Of a stretch of 64,000 nucleotides of DNA, positions 25,742 through 34,277 are shown one piece after another (the stretch's first letter is position 1; each line of letters starts with the position of its first letter). This stretch comes from Justusliebigvirus VEcB. The stretch lies in sequence record OZ035773.1; one strand, given 5' to 3'. The translations under genes were made by a program, and so were the position numbers. The notes under the pieces were generated by a model, which made no database searches, was not told the DNA's origin, and saw only the letters and a program-made list of their open reading frames with translations.

Positions 25742-25800
25742 TTGACACCGATCCCCAATATGTTATTATTTACCACGTAGGCGGGAAATGGTTTCCCGCC
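25742..25800 (+). promoter_or_regulatory. promoter + 5' stem-loop cassette 14
   Basis: TTGACA, 16 nt spacer, TATTAT; hairpin GGCGGGAAA-tgg-TTTCCCGCC. Confidence 0.6.
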
Positions 25801-25823
25801 AGGTAATCAAAAAGGTAAATACT

Positions 25824-26213
25824 ATGCGCAACCTGGTTTCTGTTTCTAACGTTGAAAAATTTCAATCCTTACAGGGTATCGTTAACAACGTAGCGCCTTT
25901 TTTAGTAAACGGCTTGATCGCAAAGATGAAAAATAAACATCATGCGGCATGGTCTGCTTACTGCTTTGATAATGATGAAAAAGCGGCTGAAATGATGTTA
26001 GATATGCTGTTAGATAGTGTAGAAACATCTTTACCGGAAAACATCGCAGAAGAGATCACCTATCGTTATAATATGGCGATCACTTACCAGGAGGTTGCGC
26101 AATTCAACATGATGGATGATGACGAACAACAGGATCAGGAAATGTTCTGGGAGTATGCGGATCGTCAATCAGCTTTTGATGAAAAATTAGCGATGTATTA
26201 TAACGAATATTAA
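25824..26213 (+). CDS. hypothetical protein (129 aa)
   Basis: From ATG 25824 (MRNLVSVSNVEKF...); track ORF starts inside the hairpin. Confidence 0.55.
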   Translation: MRNLVSVSNVEKFQSLQGIVNNVAPFLVNGLIAKMKNKHHAAWSAYCFDNDEKAAEMMLDMLLDSVETSLPENIAEEITYRYNMAITYQEVAQFNMMDDDEQQDQEMFWEYADRQSAFDEKLAMYYNEY

Positions 26214-26226
26214 TACACGGTAAAAG

Positions 26227-26254
26227 AAAGGGGCGCACTAAGCGCCCTTTTTTG
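26227..26254 (+). terminator. rho-independent terminator
   Basis: GGGCGC-actaa-GCGCCC followed by TTTTTTG. Confidence 0.65.
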
Positions 26255-26400
26255 TATTCTTTTTCACAATGGAAGCGACACGTAAAGAATAGGCGTAAAG
26301 GTGGCGTAAAACCATCTAAAACCGACTGTAACCGCTTAAACAAGGTAGGAATGATTAATCACCTTACCAGGATGAAAAAGCTGTTATAAAGCTATCTAGG

Positions 26401-26697
26401 GTGTTTAAAGGTGACTTGGTTGAAGTTAGAACAACCGAAGGTTATAGCGACGATTATAAATGCGAGATTCATTTACACAACTGGTACACGGGTAAAACTT
26501 ATGCGCTGAATCATGCGTTTATCGGCAAGGTTGAATATAGAGAAATGATCGACGAAGAAACCGGGCAAGATTTTAGCGATCATGTTTATATTCGTTCAGA
26601 AACATTAGCCGAACGTTTGATCGAGAAAATGAAAGCAAAAAATAAAATTAATTTAGCTCATTGGATTGATATAACAAACGATCCAGCTTATAAGTAA
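26401..26697 (+). CDS. hypothetical protein (98 aa), GTG start
   Basis: Track ORF; weak RBS; start uncertain. Confidence 0.35.
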   Translation: MFKGDLVEVRTTEGYSDDYKCEIHLHNWYTGKTYALNHAFIGKVEYREMIDEETGQDFSDHVYIRSETLAERLIEKMKAKNKINLAHWIDITNDPAYK

Positions 26698-26712
26698 ATA
26701 ACATTTCATACC

Positions 26713-26739
26713 AGGGCGCTTATTGCGCCCTTTCTTTTT
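26713..26739 (+). terminator. rho-independent terminator closing the cassette array
   Basis: AGGGCGC-ttatt-GCGCCCT followed by TTCTTTTT. Confidence 0.65.
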
Positions 26740-26827
26740 ACCTAAATAAAGATGATAGCTTTTACCTATCAAAAACGTTCACCGAAAAAAGTGAATAGAT
26801 CGCGGTATCGAGCTAATCAAGGAGCAG

Positions 26828-26968
26828 ATGAACAACCATACCATGAAGATCATAAGGCGTTTACAGCGTGTTTTAGACCGTTTATTTTTAATTTCTTCAT
26901 GCAACTATAGGACAAAAACAGTCTTTTTCTTGTCTTTCCTCTTAAATGATAATCATTCTTATTTATAG
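26828..26968 (+). CDS. possible small ORF (46 aa) reading into a Fur-box-like site
   Basis: Hand-translated MNNHTMKIIRRLQRVLDRLFLISSCNYRTKTVFFLSFLLNDNHSYL; SD AAGGAG 3 nt upstream; speculative. Confidence 0.25.
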   Translation: MNNHTMKIIRRLQRVLDRLFLISSCNYRTKTVFFLSFLLNDNHSYL

Positions 26969-27015
26969 CTGATTATTTATGCAATAAACTGCATAATGCA
27001 ATAATGATAATCATT
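26945..27015. promoter_or_regulatory. two Fur-box-like palindromes (AATGATAATCATT)
   Basis: Sites at ~26945-26957 and ~27003-27015; second reads ATAATGATAATCATTCTTA vs Fur consensus GATAATGATAATCATTATC. Confidence 0.45.
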
Positions 27016-27385
27016 CTTAACTTAAGACCATCTAACTTATAAAATAATAAGTTATCTAACTAAATTAAAGCTAATTATCTTACTTTTATTTATAACATAC
27101 TGTTACTATCTTATTGATAACCTTATATTAAACAACAATAATCAATGTAAATCATTACTAAGCTAACTATAATCTATCTAACCATTAAAACTATAACTAT
27201 AATCTATCGAATTGTTGCACAAAGTAACTATTAAATTGTTAGTAACATTACTAAATAATTCACATCTTATCTATTTATGATCTAATCTTTACCTCCCTAT
27301 TTATTACCTAAATAACCATTTCATGTAGTAATCATTTCATACAATAACTATAACAAGAAATATAATTCGCAAGCGTATCATTAGC

Positions 27386-27539
27386 AGCCTATGCCGGACA
27401 CATAGGCGGCTAATAATAACGCAACTACACCCCCCCACATAATAACTATCGCCGATAGTTATTATTTGTGTTTATGTAGCTTGCAACAATTGCAAGCGCA
27501 ACAATATACATGGTATATTGTATTCCCTTACATTGTTGC
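27386..27539. repeat. cluster of four palindromes/hairpins
   Basis: GCCTATG-n7-CATAGGC (~27386-27406); 27-bp perfect palindrome ATAATAACTATCG-c-CGATAGTTATTAT (~27438-27464); GCTTGCAA-caa-TTGCAAGC (~27478-27496); CAATATAC-atg-GTATATTG nested in CGCAACAAT...ATTGTTGCG (~27496-27539). Confidence 0.55.
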
Positions 27540-27618
27540 GGTGCGTTATTATTAGCTAATGTTTAGAACATTGGCTATAATATAAGCTGCATATAATAAG
27601 CTATACAATAATAAACAT

Positions 27619-27654
27619 AATGAATAATGACACTGAAATGAATAATGACACTGA
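27619..27654. repeat. perfect tandem duplication of 18-bp unit AATGAATAATGACACTGA
   Basis: Two adjacent identical copies. Confidence 0.6.
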
Positions 27655-27794
27655 TGATCATAATGCGCCACCCTCCAGGGGCGCTATGTGAACACAAAGA
27701 AATCTTTCTTGTCAAGAAAAATATCATCATTATTGCGCAAAATTATTTACATCTGAATAGATGATTTTTCATACTATTGCCCCCATATAACTTA

Positions 27795-27853
27795 CTATTT
27801 GTTGCAATGTATTCCCCTATTTGTTGAGCATAGTTATAGCCTATTTGTTGAGC
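27795..27853. repeat. three iteron-like direct repeats CTATTTGTTG(AGC) at ~22-24-bp spacing
   Basis: Copies at ~27795, 27817, 27841 (about two helical turns apart). Confidence 0.55.
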
Positions 27854-27926
27854 CTACTTTCTTAAAAGCGCAATAAATCAGAATTATCTTGATTTTTAGG
27901 TAGTTTTATAGTATAGAAAATATGCA

Positions 27927-27942
27927 AATGATAATCATTATC
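27927..27942. promoter_or_regulatory. Fur-box-like palindrome, best match
   Basis: GCAAATGATAATCATTATC matches Fur consensus GATAATGATAATCATTATC at 17 of 19 positions; overlaps a possible promoter upstream of small ORF 28006. Confidence 0.45.
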
Positions 27943-28005
27943 AGCTATCTTCCACGGGTGGCACTATTTCACACCAGATCATTTCATTTGGCAAGGTGTA
28001 GATAG

Positions 28006-28110
28006 ATGTTTAGACTTGCCAAGTTATTGATTTACTTAGAATTTATCTGTTTTGTTGTAAGTAGAGCCTTTTTTGCTCAGAAAATAATCAAAAGTCTTAT
28101 AAGTCATTGA
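28006..28110 (+). CDS. possible 34-aa hydrophobic peptide flanked by Fur-box-like sites
   Basis: Hand-translated MFRLAKLLIYLEFICFVVSRAFFAQKIIKSLISH; SD AAGGTG 7 nt upstream; speculative. Confidence 0.3.
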   Translation: MFRLAKLLIYLEFICFVVSRAFFAQKIIKSLISH

Positions 28111-28140
28111 ATGATAATGCAAATGATAATTATTCTCATT
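28109..28140. promoter_or_regulatory. composite Fur-box-like site (overlapping GATAAT hexamers)
   Basis: GAATGATAATGCAAATGATAATTATTCTCATT. Confidence 0.4.
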
Positions 28141-28512
28141 GATATTTGAGGGGGACGGTCGGGAAAAATCGGGGGGCGCTGAAAATCGCGTTAAGCACCT
28201 CTCGCAAGCGAGCAGTATTTTGCGGCAAGTTATTGATATTATTGACTTTACGCTTATGAAAAGGGGGTGTGTCGAAATAAATCGGGTATACCGGAAAATT
28301 TTTGTGGCATAGATATTTATTTGTCTATATTATGTACAAAGGGGTGTGTTAAAAATATTAGGTATATATAGAATAATTGATAGGGAAATCCTATACTAAT
28401 TCCTCCATTAATGATGTTTCTATGTTGCTGTTCTTGTAATAGATGAAAAGACGCTGTATGATGTGTGGCATGAAACGTAATCCTACAACGTAATCTTATA
28501 AAGGAGTCTGAT

Positions 28513-28878
28513 ATGTGTGTTCCTCTTAGCAGTCCACTGCTGTTAGAATTTTACAAAGCATGGATGGAAGATCATTCCTCAATGCATCGTGAGAATGTTG
28601 GTTTGTGTAATTGCCTTATGGATTACCTGGCAACCACTATGTCAAAGAAAAAACCTACGGAAGAAGATATAGAACATTTCAAGATGGTTCGTAGCAAAAC
28701 GCTGGAAGAGATGAAACTGCAATTCACGTGTGCTGGGCTATCCTCCTTCCTACCCTTTAATTATGATCTTCTGTGTTATGAAGATGAAGGTAAGACACAT
28801 TCTTGCCATACCAACCCAAAGAGATTGCAGTGGGTGAAAGACAGAATCGAAGATGCAAATAATGCTTGCATTGAATAA
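28513..28878 (+). CDS. hypothetical protein, paralog family A (121 aa)
   Basis: SD AAGGAG; shares LLxFY..W...GLC.CL.D(F/Y)L ... (K/E)R(L/V)QWV.DRI.D with 30575 and 31853 ORFs. Confidence 0.6.
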   Translation: MCVPLSSPLLLEFYKAWMEDHSSMHRENVGLCNCLMDYLATTMSKKKPTEEDIEHFKMVRSKTLEEMKLQFTCAGLSSFLPFNYDLLCYEDEGKTHSCHTNPKRLQWVKDRIEDANNACIE

Positions 28879-28960
28879 AAATGTCTGTATAGTGGTTTGC
28901 ATACCGCGCACGACGCGTTTCCATTTTCAATAAAATGTTAGCATTATGGGGAGGTAGAAA

Positions 28961-29422
28961 ATGAGACAACTATCTATACTGGAAGCACATGTGCAATGTG
29001 TTGCAGATTATGTCAAAGAACACTCAAGTTTGTTGGATGTAACCTGTGCAGTGCAAAATGATGTAGGTATTGTCTGTGTGCGACATATCTTATCTGAAAC
29101 TCGTTATGAAGTATTTCGTGCCAAGTTGTTTGGATGTGATCAAGTGCATGTAAACTTCTTGGATTCCAATTTTCGTTATGCTTTAAAAAATATTGAGGAT
29201 TATCTTCCTTGCTCTCCGACCGGATATGTGATGATGGCAGCAAATGAAGTAACACCAAACAATAGTGAGCGGGAAACTTTGTTACGGAAGAAAATACGCC
29301 AACTGCAAGTGTTGAATGAACTGAAAGAAGAGATTGAAAAAGAACTGAAAGAAGATTTTGGTATGCTTCCAAAAGACGCTTTGAAATGGTTTGATGAACT
29401 AGGAGAGGAAAGTTATGAATAA
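28961..29422 (+). CDS. hypothetical protein, paralog family B (153 aa)
   Basis: SD GGGAGG; N-terminus similar to 35458 ORF (SLL.V...V.N..G.V.V.H.LS.T.Y.VF). Confidence 0.6.
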   Translation: MRQLSILEAHVQCVADYVKEHSSLLDVTCAVQNDVGIVCVRHILSETRYEVFRAKLFGCDQVHVNFLDSNFRYALKNIEDYLPCSPTGYVMMAANEVTPNNSERETLLRKKIRQLQVLNELKEEIEKELKEDFGMLPKDALKWFDELGEESYE

Positions 29423-29591
29423 AGAAACTACTGTGTACTTAGTAACAAAGAATACCCCAGGCTGGAGCCAATGCAGCACTATACCTTACAAGATCTGTGC
29501 AACATTAGAACTAGCACAACGTGCAGAAGCAGAAGTGGATGCCATGCAATACAGCTATGGTGAAATCATTCCTTTTACTCTTGAACAATAA
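29415..29591 (+). CDS. small protein (58 aa), below track threshold
   Basis: Hand-translated MNKETTVYLVTKNTPGWSQC...; SD GGAGAGGAAA. Confidence 0.45.
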   Translation: MNKETTVYLVTKNTPGWSQCSTIPYKICATLELAQRAEAEVDAMQYSYGEIIPFTLEQ

Positions 29592-29602
29592 GGAGTTGTG
29601 TA

Positions 29603-30055
29603 ATGTTTGAAATTGGTAAAGTGTATCGTTTTAAGAACGAATCTTATATCCGTAAGTTTGCTAATGTGTCTGAGTTCAATAACAGGATTGCTTCTTTCTT
29701 AGGTGATTCCTATTTTCGTGTATTAGATATTGATGACTGGTATGGTGTCACTTCTTTGCAATCCTTAGCAGGAGAGCAAGAAATTATCACTCAAAATGAA
29801 GGAGATTTTCTTCAGTGTTACACATTGCTTGTAGAGAGTGAGTTTGAATACTTTGTAGAAGTAGTAGAGGAAGCACCAAAAAGTAAGCATGAAGAGAAAT
29901 ACCTGCTTGTAGTGGATGGAGTTCCAATCGTGGAAACCATCTCCCGTGAGGAAGTTGAAAAAGAGGCAAAACGTTACAAGCTGGATCGTACACAGAGTGT
30001 AGTTGAAGTCTATTCTCTTATTGGTGTTGCAGATGTTCATGTGAACATTGTATAA
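29603..30055 (+). CDS. hypothetical protein (150 aa)
   Basis: Track ORF; SD TAAGGAG. Confidence 0.55.
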   Translation: MFEIGKVYRFKNESYIRKFANVSEFNNRIASFLGDSYFRVLDIDDWYGVTSLQSLAGEQEIITQNEGDFLQCYTLLVESEFEYFVEVVEEAPKSKHEEKYLLVVDGVPIVETISREEVEKEAKRYKLDRTQSVVEVYSLIGVADVHVNIV

Positions 30056-30056
30056 T

Positions 30057-30269
30057 ATGTGTAATGATAGATACATTCTTCGTGTATCTGATAAGTCTCC
30101 TATGTTTGACTGGCGGGGCTGGTGGCTACTAGCTCCGATGCTAGGTCTGACTGACGTGGAAAAGGAGGCTTATGTGTATACAAAAGAAGAGATAGAAGAT
30201 AGCCTTTATTTGACAGATAACATTAAGAATGGTATCTTTGAGTGTAAATTGAAAGGAGAGGAAGAATGA
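30057..30269 (+). CDS. hypothetical protein (70 aa)
   Basis: Track ORF from TTG 30048; first in-frame ATG at 30057; weak RBS. Confidence 0.35.
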   Translation: MCNDRYILRVSDKSPMFDWRGWWLLAPMLGLTDVEKEAYVYTKEEIEDSLYLTDNIKNGIFECKLKGEEE

Positions 30270-30565
30270 CTGTTACAGAAAAACTGCGTTGTATTGCAAA
30301 GCAAAGCGGAGAAGGCTTATGGTTTCCTATTGATGAAGTTATTCAGGACTGTTATGATCAGGCTAAGACTGGCAAATACTCCAAAGCATTTAAACCATCT
30401 GTTTTCGGTTTGGATGATTATCCGACGAATGAACAAGCAAGGAAACGCCAAGTTGATTTGATTGATCTTGCTATGGAAGCACTACGAGAGCGTGGACTTA
30501 GTAAGGTGTATGCTTTAAACACCAAAGAGGGTTTTGTAGATTCAGTGATCGTAGACTGGCATTAA
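30266..30565 (+). CDS. hypothetical protein (99 aa)
   Basis: Track ORF; SD AAAGGAGAGGAAG. Confidence 0.55.
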   Translation: MTVTEKLRCIAKQSGEGLWFPIDEVIQDCYDQAKTGKYSKAFKPSVFGLDDYPTNEQARKRQVDLIDLAMEALRERGLSKVYALNTKEGFVDSVIVDWH

Positions 30566-30574
30566 GGAGCAGCC

Positions 30575-30943
30575 ATGCAAGAGAATAATAAAGTGTGTAA
30601 CATGAAAAGCAGCCCCTATTTGCTACAATTTTATGAGTGGTGGTTGGAACAAGAAGATACAAACTTTAGCAAAAAGCATTATGGTCTTTGCACGTGTCTT
30701 GTAGACTTCTTATACAACATTGCTTGGATAAAAGATGTTGAAAATGTATCAAAACTCCAATCCTCTGTACGAGAGGAAATGAAGGAACAATTTAAGAAAG
30801 CGGGTTTGAACCATTTACACCCATTTAATACAGATTTCTCACATTACTTTACGGAAACAGAGCTAGGCACTGCACACCTTAACAAAGAACGTGTACAATG
30901 GGTGATTGATCGTATTCGTGATATGGAGGAATATAATGGTTAA
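30575..30943 (+). CDS. hypothetical protein, paralog family A (122 aa)
   Basis: SD AAGGAG; family A motifs. Confidence 0.6.
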   Translation: MQENNKVCNMKSSPYLLQFYEWWLEQEDTNFSKKHYGLCTCLVDFLYNIAWIKDVENVSKLQSSVREEMKEQFKKAGLNHLHPFNTDFSHYFTETELGTAHLNKERVQWVIDRIRDMEEYNG

Positions 30944-31145
30944 GTTTAAAACCTTCTGTGCAATCACTGTTTGTCTTATTCTTGCATACGTGTTATTCTC
31001 TGGTATCATTCGTTTAGGTGAGTATATGGCAAGAGAAGCTCGTGAAAGTGAAGCTAAAAAAGAACAGTGCATCGTGTTAAAGCACCAAAGGGATGCTGAA
31101 AAATTTCTTGAACAGGATTGTGGGCGCTATGTGAATTATAATTAG
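30936..31145 (+). CDS. small membrane-anchored protein, paralog family C (69 aa)
   Basis: From ATG 30936 (SD GGAGGA): N-terminal TM helix, C-terminal KEQCIVLKHQRDAEKFLEQDC shared with 35933 ORF. Confidence 0.55.
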   Translation: MVKFKTFCAITVCLILAYVLFSGIIRLGEYMAREARESEAKKEQCIVLKHQRDAEKFLEQDCGRYVNYN

Positions 31146-31154
31146 GAGGGAAGT

Positions 31155-31403
31155 ATGTTAGATATTTTTACCTTTGATCGTGTTGGTACACCGATTACCG
31201 AAGAAGAACGTACCAAAATTGAACAAGAATTGGATGCTTTACGTGCGTCTCTTACAGACACAGCCTCACTACAACGTGAAGCTGCACATCTCACAGAGAT
31301 CACTGGTATTCAGTGGAACACGGAGTGGGTTGTAATTACAATTGAAGCGGATATTTGGGGACATGAAGAGACGCTACGTACCGGAGTAGTAACGGTTTGG
31401 TGA
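31155..31403 (+). CDS. hypothetical protein (82 aa)
   Basis: Track ORF; SD TAGGAGGGAAG. Confidence 0.55.
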   Translation: MLDIFTFDRVGTPITEEERTKIEQELDALRASLTDTASLQREAAHLTEITGIQWNTEWVVITIEADIWGHEETLRTGVVTVW

Positions 31404-31449
31404 TAGATGTTATTCTTTTGTGTTTCTTGATATATAAATAGGAGGGTTT

Positions 31450-31674
31450 ATGGTAAAACGTCTGGAATGGGATGCGTGTACTGCTCACGCTTGTCACTGT
31501 GATATTGTTGAAGATCCTAATGGAGAGATGGTGTATTATGAGGATTACGAAGCATTGCACAATGCTGTGATTGCTTTACTGGATGATATTAGCTCACGCT
31601 ATCCAGGACAACAATTCACGTGTCCACATATCCAACTATTAGCCGAACTTACGGAGTATCCAAGTGTTCCATAA
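31450..31674 (+). CDS. hypothetical Cys-rich protein, paralog family D (74 aa)
   Basis: SD TAGGAGGG; CHCDIVEDPNGEMVYYEDYEAL similar to 36818 ORF. Confidence 0.55.
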   Translation: MVKRLEWDACTAHACHCDIVEDPNGEMVYYEDYEALHNAVIALLDDISSRYPGQQFTCPHIQLLAELTEYPSVP

Positions 31675-31675
31675 T

Positions 31676-31843
31676 ATGGGTGTCCCTGAACAACTGCTCT
31701 TTATTGTAGGATTAGTAGGCTTATTGGCGGCTGGCGCTAAAGCCGCTTCTCACACGCATCACATAATGTTAAGATTTCTGTTCCTACTCCCTTCTATCCT
31801 TGTATTATTAGTCATATTGATTGATAACATTTTTCACAATTAA
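31676..31843 (+). CDS. small membrane protein (55 aa), below track threshold
   Basis: Hand-translated MGVPEQLLFIVGLVGLLAAGAKAASHTHHIMLRFLFLLPSILVLLVILIDNIFHN; two hydrophobic segments. Confidence 0.4.
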   Translation: MGVPEQLLFIVGLVGLLAAGAKAASHTHHIMLRFLFLLPSILVLLVILIDNIFHN

Positions 31844-31852
31844 GGAGAGGTT

Positions 31853-32437
31853 ATGAGTAAAATTATACCAAGCAGTTATGAATTATTGCAGTTTTATGTA
31901 TATTACTTAGACTGGGTTAATAGATCGAATGTTAAAGACAATGCGATGTTTAGTAAAAACATCTGTTTAACAGAAAGTATCTTCCGTTATTGGCACACAG
32001 GCAGAAAGTGTACACACAGTGAAGCTATGCGCATTGTAGGTGAATACCTGGAGCAATTGCAAAAAGCAGAACTTCCTGTCCTTCACCCATTCAACGAATC
32101 TAAAGAAGAATTAGAACAAGAGTGTAGAGAAGGTAAGTGCCATTTAAATGAAAAACGTATCGAATGGGTGAGGCAACGTTTAGCCGATGCAGGGAATCCT
32201 CCTAGTGACTCTGACTATACGTGGTATGATGTAGAGGGTTTAGTTCAAGGTTTTGAGGCTTGTGCTATAGGTAATACCAACTTTGCCAAAGTTTTATGCG
32301 AGGTTTATGATCTGGCAGATAAAATCCGAAATCACGGATGGAAACAAGAGCATAAAGAATCATATGAACGCCTTGACAAGATTTTCAAACAGATCTATTC
32401 TAACCACAAAGAGATGTTCCAAATGGAGGATGTGTAA
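31853..32437 (+). CDS. hypothetical protein, paralog family A, extended (194 aa)
   Basis: SD TAAGGAGAGG; family A N-terminal motifs. Confidence 0.55.
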   Translation: MSKIIPSSYELLQFYVYYLDWVNRSNVKDNAMFSKNICLTESIFRYWHTGRKCTHSEAMRIVGEYLEQLQKAELPVLHPFNESKEELEQECREGKCHLNEKRIEWVRQRLADAGNPPSDSDYTWYDVEGLVQGFEACAIGNTNFAKVLCEVYDLADKIRNHGWKQEHKESYERLDKIFKQIYSNHKEMFQMEDV

Positions 32438-33123
32438 TGAAAGAGATTATGTTTGAAGGGCATCGTTACGAAGTTCCAGACAATGCAAATTTCATGGCTC
32501 GTGATATCACTGGAGATGTGTTCTGGTTTGAAGATGAACCTGTGTTTTCTTCGAACAAACACTGGTTTTCACAACAATCTTCTTCGGAAAATATGACTTT
32601 TGGCTACGTAGAGCCTAAAGTGCGCTGCAAAGCAGCTTCTTCTTTGGTAGAAATTTCCCAAGATGATCAAGAAAATACTCCAGATGTTGTTAGTGCACTA
32701 CTGAAGTACATTGCAGAACTTGAGAAGAAAATTAAAGAAGCAGAAACTAAGGTGAAAGCACGATCAGCCATCATTGAAGCTATGTCTGAACGTATCTTAG
32801 AGCTAGAAGATTTGTGTGGAGAGGCTTATCAAGTGGTTGGTGCGCTGGCTTGTGAAGCACAAATGTTTGAAACTTCAGAACAAGTTTCACATATGTTAGA
32901 TAATTTGAGTGAATGTAAAATGATTCATGATGATGTATTGCCATTTTGTTGCAATGTTAACAAAACAGAGCAAACACAAGATTCAGAAACAGTTTATGTT
33001 CCGCTAATGTGTGTTCCAGATCATCTAAAAGGTGTATTCTCTTGTAAATGGTCGCTGTTGAGCGTTACTAATTGTGGTGAAAACTATTCTGCCAACATTG
33101 AATTGCTAAAACACGTTAAATAA
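32437..33123 (+). CDS. hypothetical protein (228 aa)
   Basis: Track ORF; SD GGAGGATG. Confidence 0.55.
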   Translation: MKEIMFEGHRYEVPDNANFMARDITGDVFWFEDEPVFSSNKHWFSQQSSSENMTFGYVEPKVRCKAASSLVEISQDDQENTPDVVSALLKYIAELEKKIKEAETKVKARSAIIEAMSERILELEDLCGEAYQVVGALACEAQMFETSEQVSHMLDNLSECKMIHDDVLPFCCNVNKTEQTQDSETVYVPLMCVPDHLKGVFSCKWSLLSVTNCGENYSANIELLKHVK

Positions 33124-33133
33124 GGAGAGTAAT

Positions 33134-33538
33134 ATGTGGTCTGTTAAAATCAAATATAATGCGCAGTATTATGGTGGAAAGCCTTACGAAGTTGTTATTT
33201 GTGACTGTATCTCTAAAGAAGTTGCACAGCTTTGTGGCGCTGGTGTTAGTGAAGCTATGAACAAAATGCATAACTCGACTGTGCGTTACCTGGATCAAGA
33301 TATTCCAGAAGATGTAAATGACTATGCTTACGAAGTTATTTACAGTGAAGGTAAGAAGCTCTCTATTGAAGATGCACTTAAAGCACTACCTGCTATGTGC
33401 AGCCCAACGCCAGAAGCAGTTAAAGAGGTTTTACCAGAATCCAACCCCGATGAATATGCTTCTATGGTTGCTTCAGATATGTGGAATCTCTGTCGAGAAA
33501 CTATGATTAAAAATCTTGTGGAAATGGCGCATGAGTAA
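33134..33538 (+). CDS. hypothetical protein (134 aa)
   Basis: Track ORF; SD TAAGGAGAG. Confidence 0.55.
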   Translation: MWSVKIKYNAQYYGGKPYEVVICDCISKEVAQLCGAGVSEAMNKMHNSTVRYLDQDIPEDVNDYAYEVIYSEGKKLSIEDALKALPAMCSPTPEAVKEVLPESNPDEYASMVASDMWNLCRETMIKNLVEMAHE

Positions 33539-33749
33539 AACACACTTTATACATCCGTTTGATCCAAAGAACAAGGCGGTTATACACCGCCGTTGGACTG
33601 AAACGCGCATTACAAAATGTCCTGTGCCAGCAGCACAGGAATATAACAAAACATATAAAGCAGAATTTGTGGAGTACACCTTTGTAAATAACAAAGGGAA
33701 GGAGGTTTATGTTCCAGAATACTGCCTTTGGATAAAATGGGAGGAATAA
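33531..33749 (+). CDS. hypothetical protein (72 aa)
   Basis: Track ORF from TTG 33516; first ATG at 33531; weak RBS. Confidence 0.35.
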   Translation: MSKTHFIHPFDPKNKAVIHRRWTETRITKCPVPAAQEYNKTYKAEFVEYTFVNNKGKEVYVPEYCLWIKWEE

Positions 33750-33916
33750 TGCAAACATTTTTTATCGACAAGTTCAATAAAAGTATGAACACGTGGATGG
33801 CAACATTCACTATGCAATTTGCGTCATTTAAAGAAGCTCAAGAATGGTGCGATCAACACAAGGATTTTGATTTTTACTATCAAGTTAATGCAAACCTTTC
33901 TCCAGAGGAGAAATAA
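33749..33916 (+). CDS. hypothetical protein (55 aa)
   Basis: From ATG 33749 with SD GGGAGGAATA; track ORF starts 7 codons upstream. Confidence 0.45.
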   Translation: MQTFFIDKFNKSMNTWMATFTMQFASFKEAQEWCDQHKDFDFYYQVNANLSPEEK

Positions 33917-33917
33917 T

Positions 33918-34262
33918 ATGTTGGCTGATATTGAAATCCTTATGTACCGACAAGGTATGATCAAAATGTGGTTAGATTCTTTTAGCAACATATACTGCAC
34001 AGTACGATCAGCAGACGAGCGTAAAACGCTTATTTTATCTGCTATTGTTGATAAACAACGTTTCTTCAAAGAAATTTTGCAAACAGGCTTCTCCGATGCA
34101 GGAGTAGAAATTGCAACTCTTAGTTTTGGGGTGCTGTCTTACTTGGAATCTGTTGTTTTATATGTCTTCTCTTTAGAGGAAGACTTGCAATTCGAAGCAT
34201 TAAAACTTATCTTAGATGCTGCAATTGACATAGAACAAAATCGAATTGATTCTTTTGAATAA
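33918..34262 (+). CDS. hypothetical protein (114 aa)
   Basis: From ATG 33918 with SD GAGGAGAAATA; track ORF extends 33 codons upstream across previous gene. Confidence 0.5.
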   Translation: MLADIEILMYRQGMIKMWLDSFSNIYCTVRSADERKTLILSAIVDKQRFFKEILQTGFSDAGVEIATLSFGVLSYLESVVLYVFSLEEDLQFEALKLILDAAIDIEQNRIDSFE

Positions 34263-34277
34263 AATAAGGAGAAAACT

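Noticed and set aside
26740-28512. tRNA or other known RNA genes in the large non-coding regions
   Set aside because: No cloverleaf-compatible stretch or T-loop motif (GTTCGAATC-like) was found by eye; this is not a formal tRNAscan or Infernal search.
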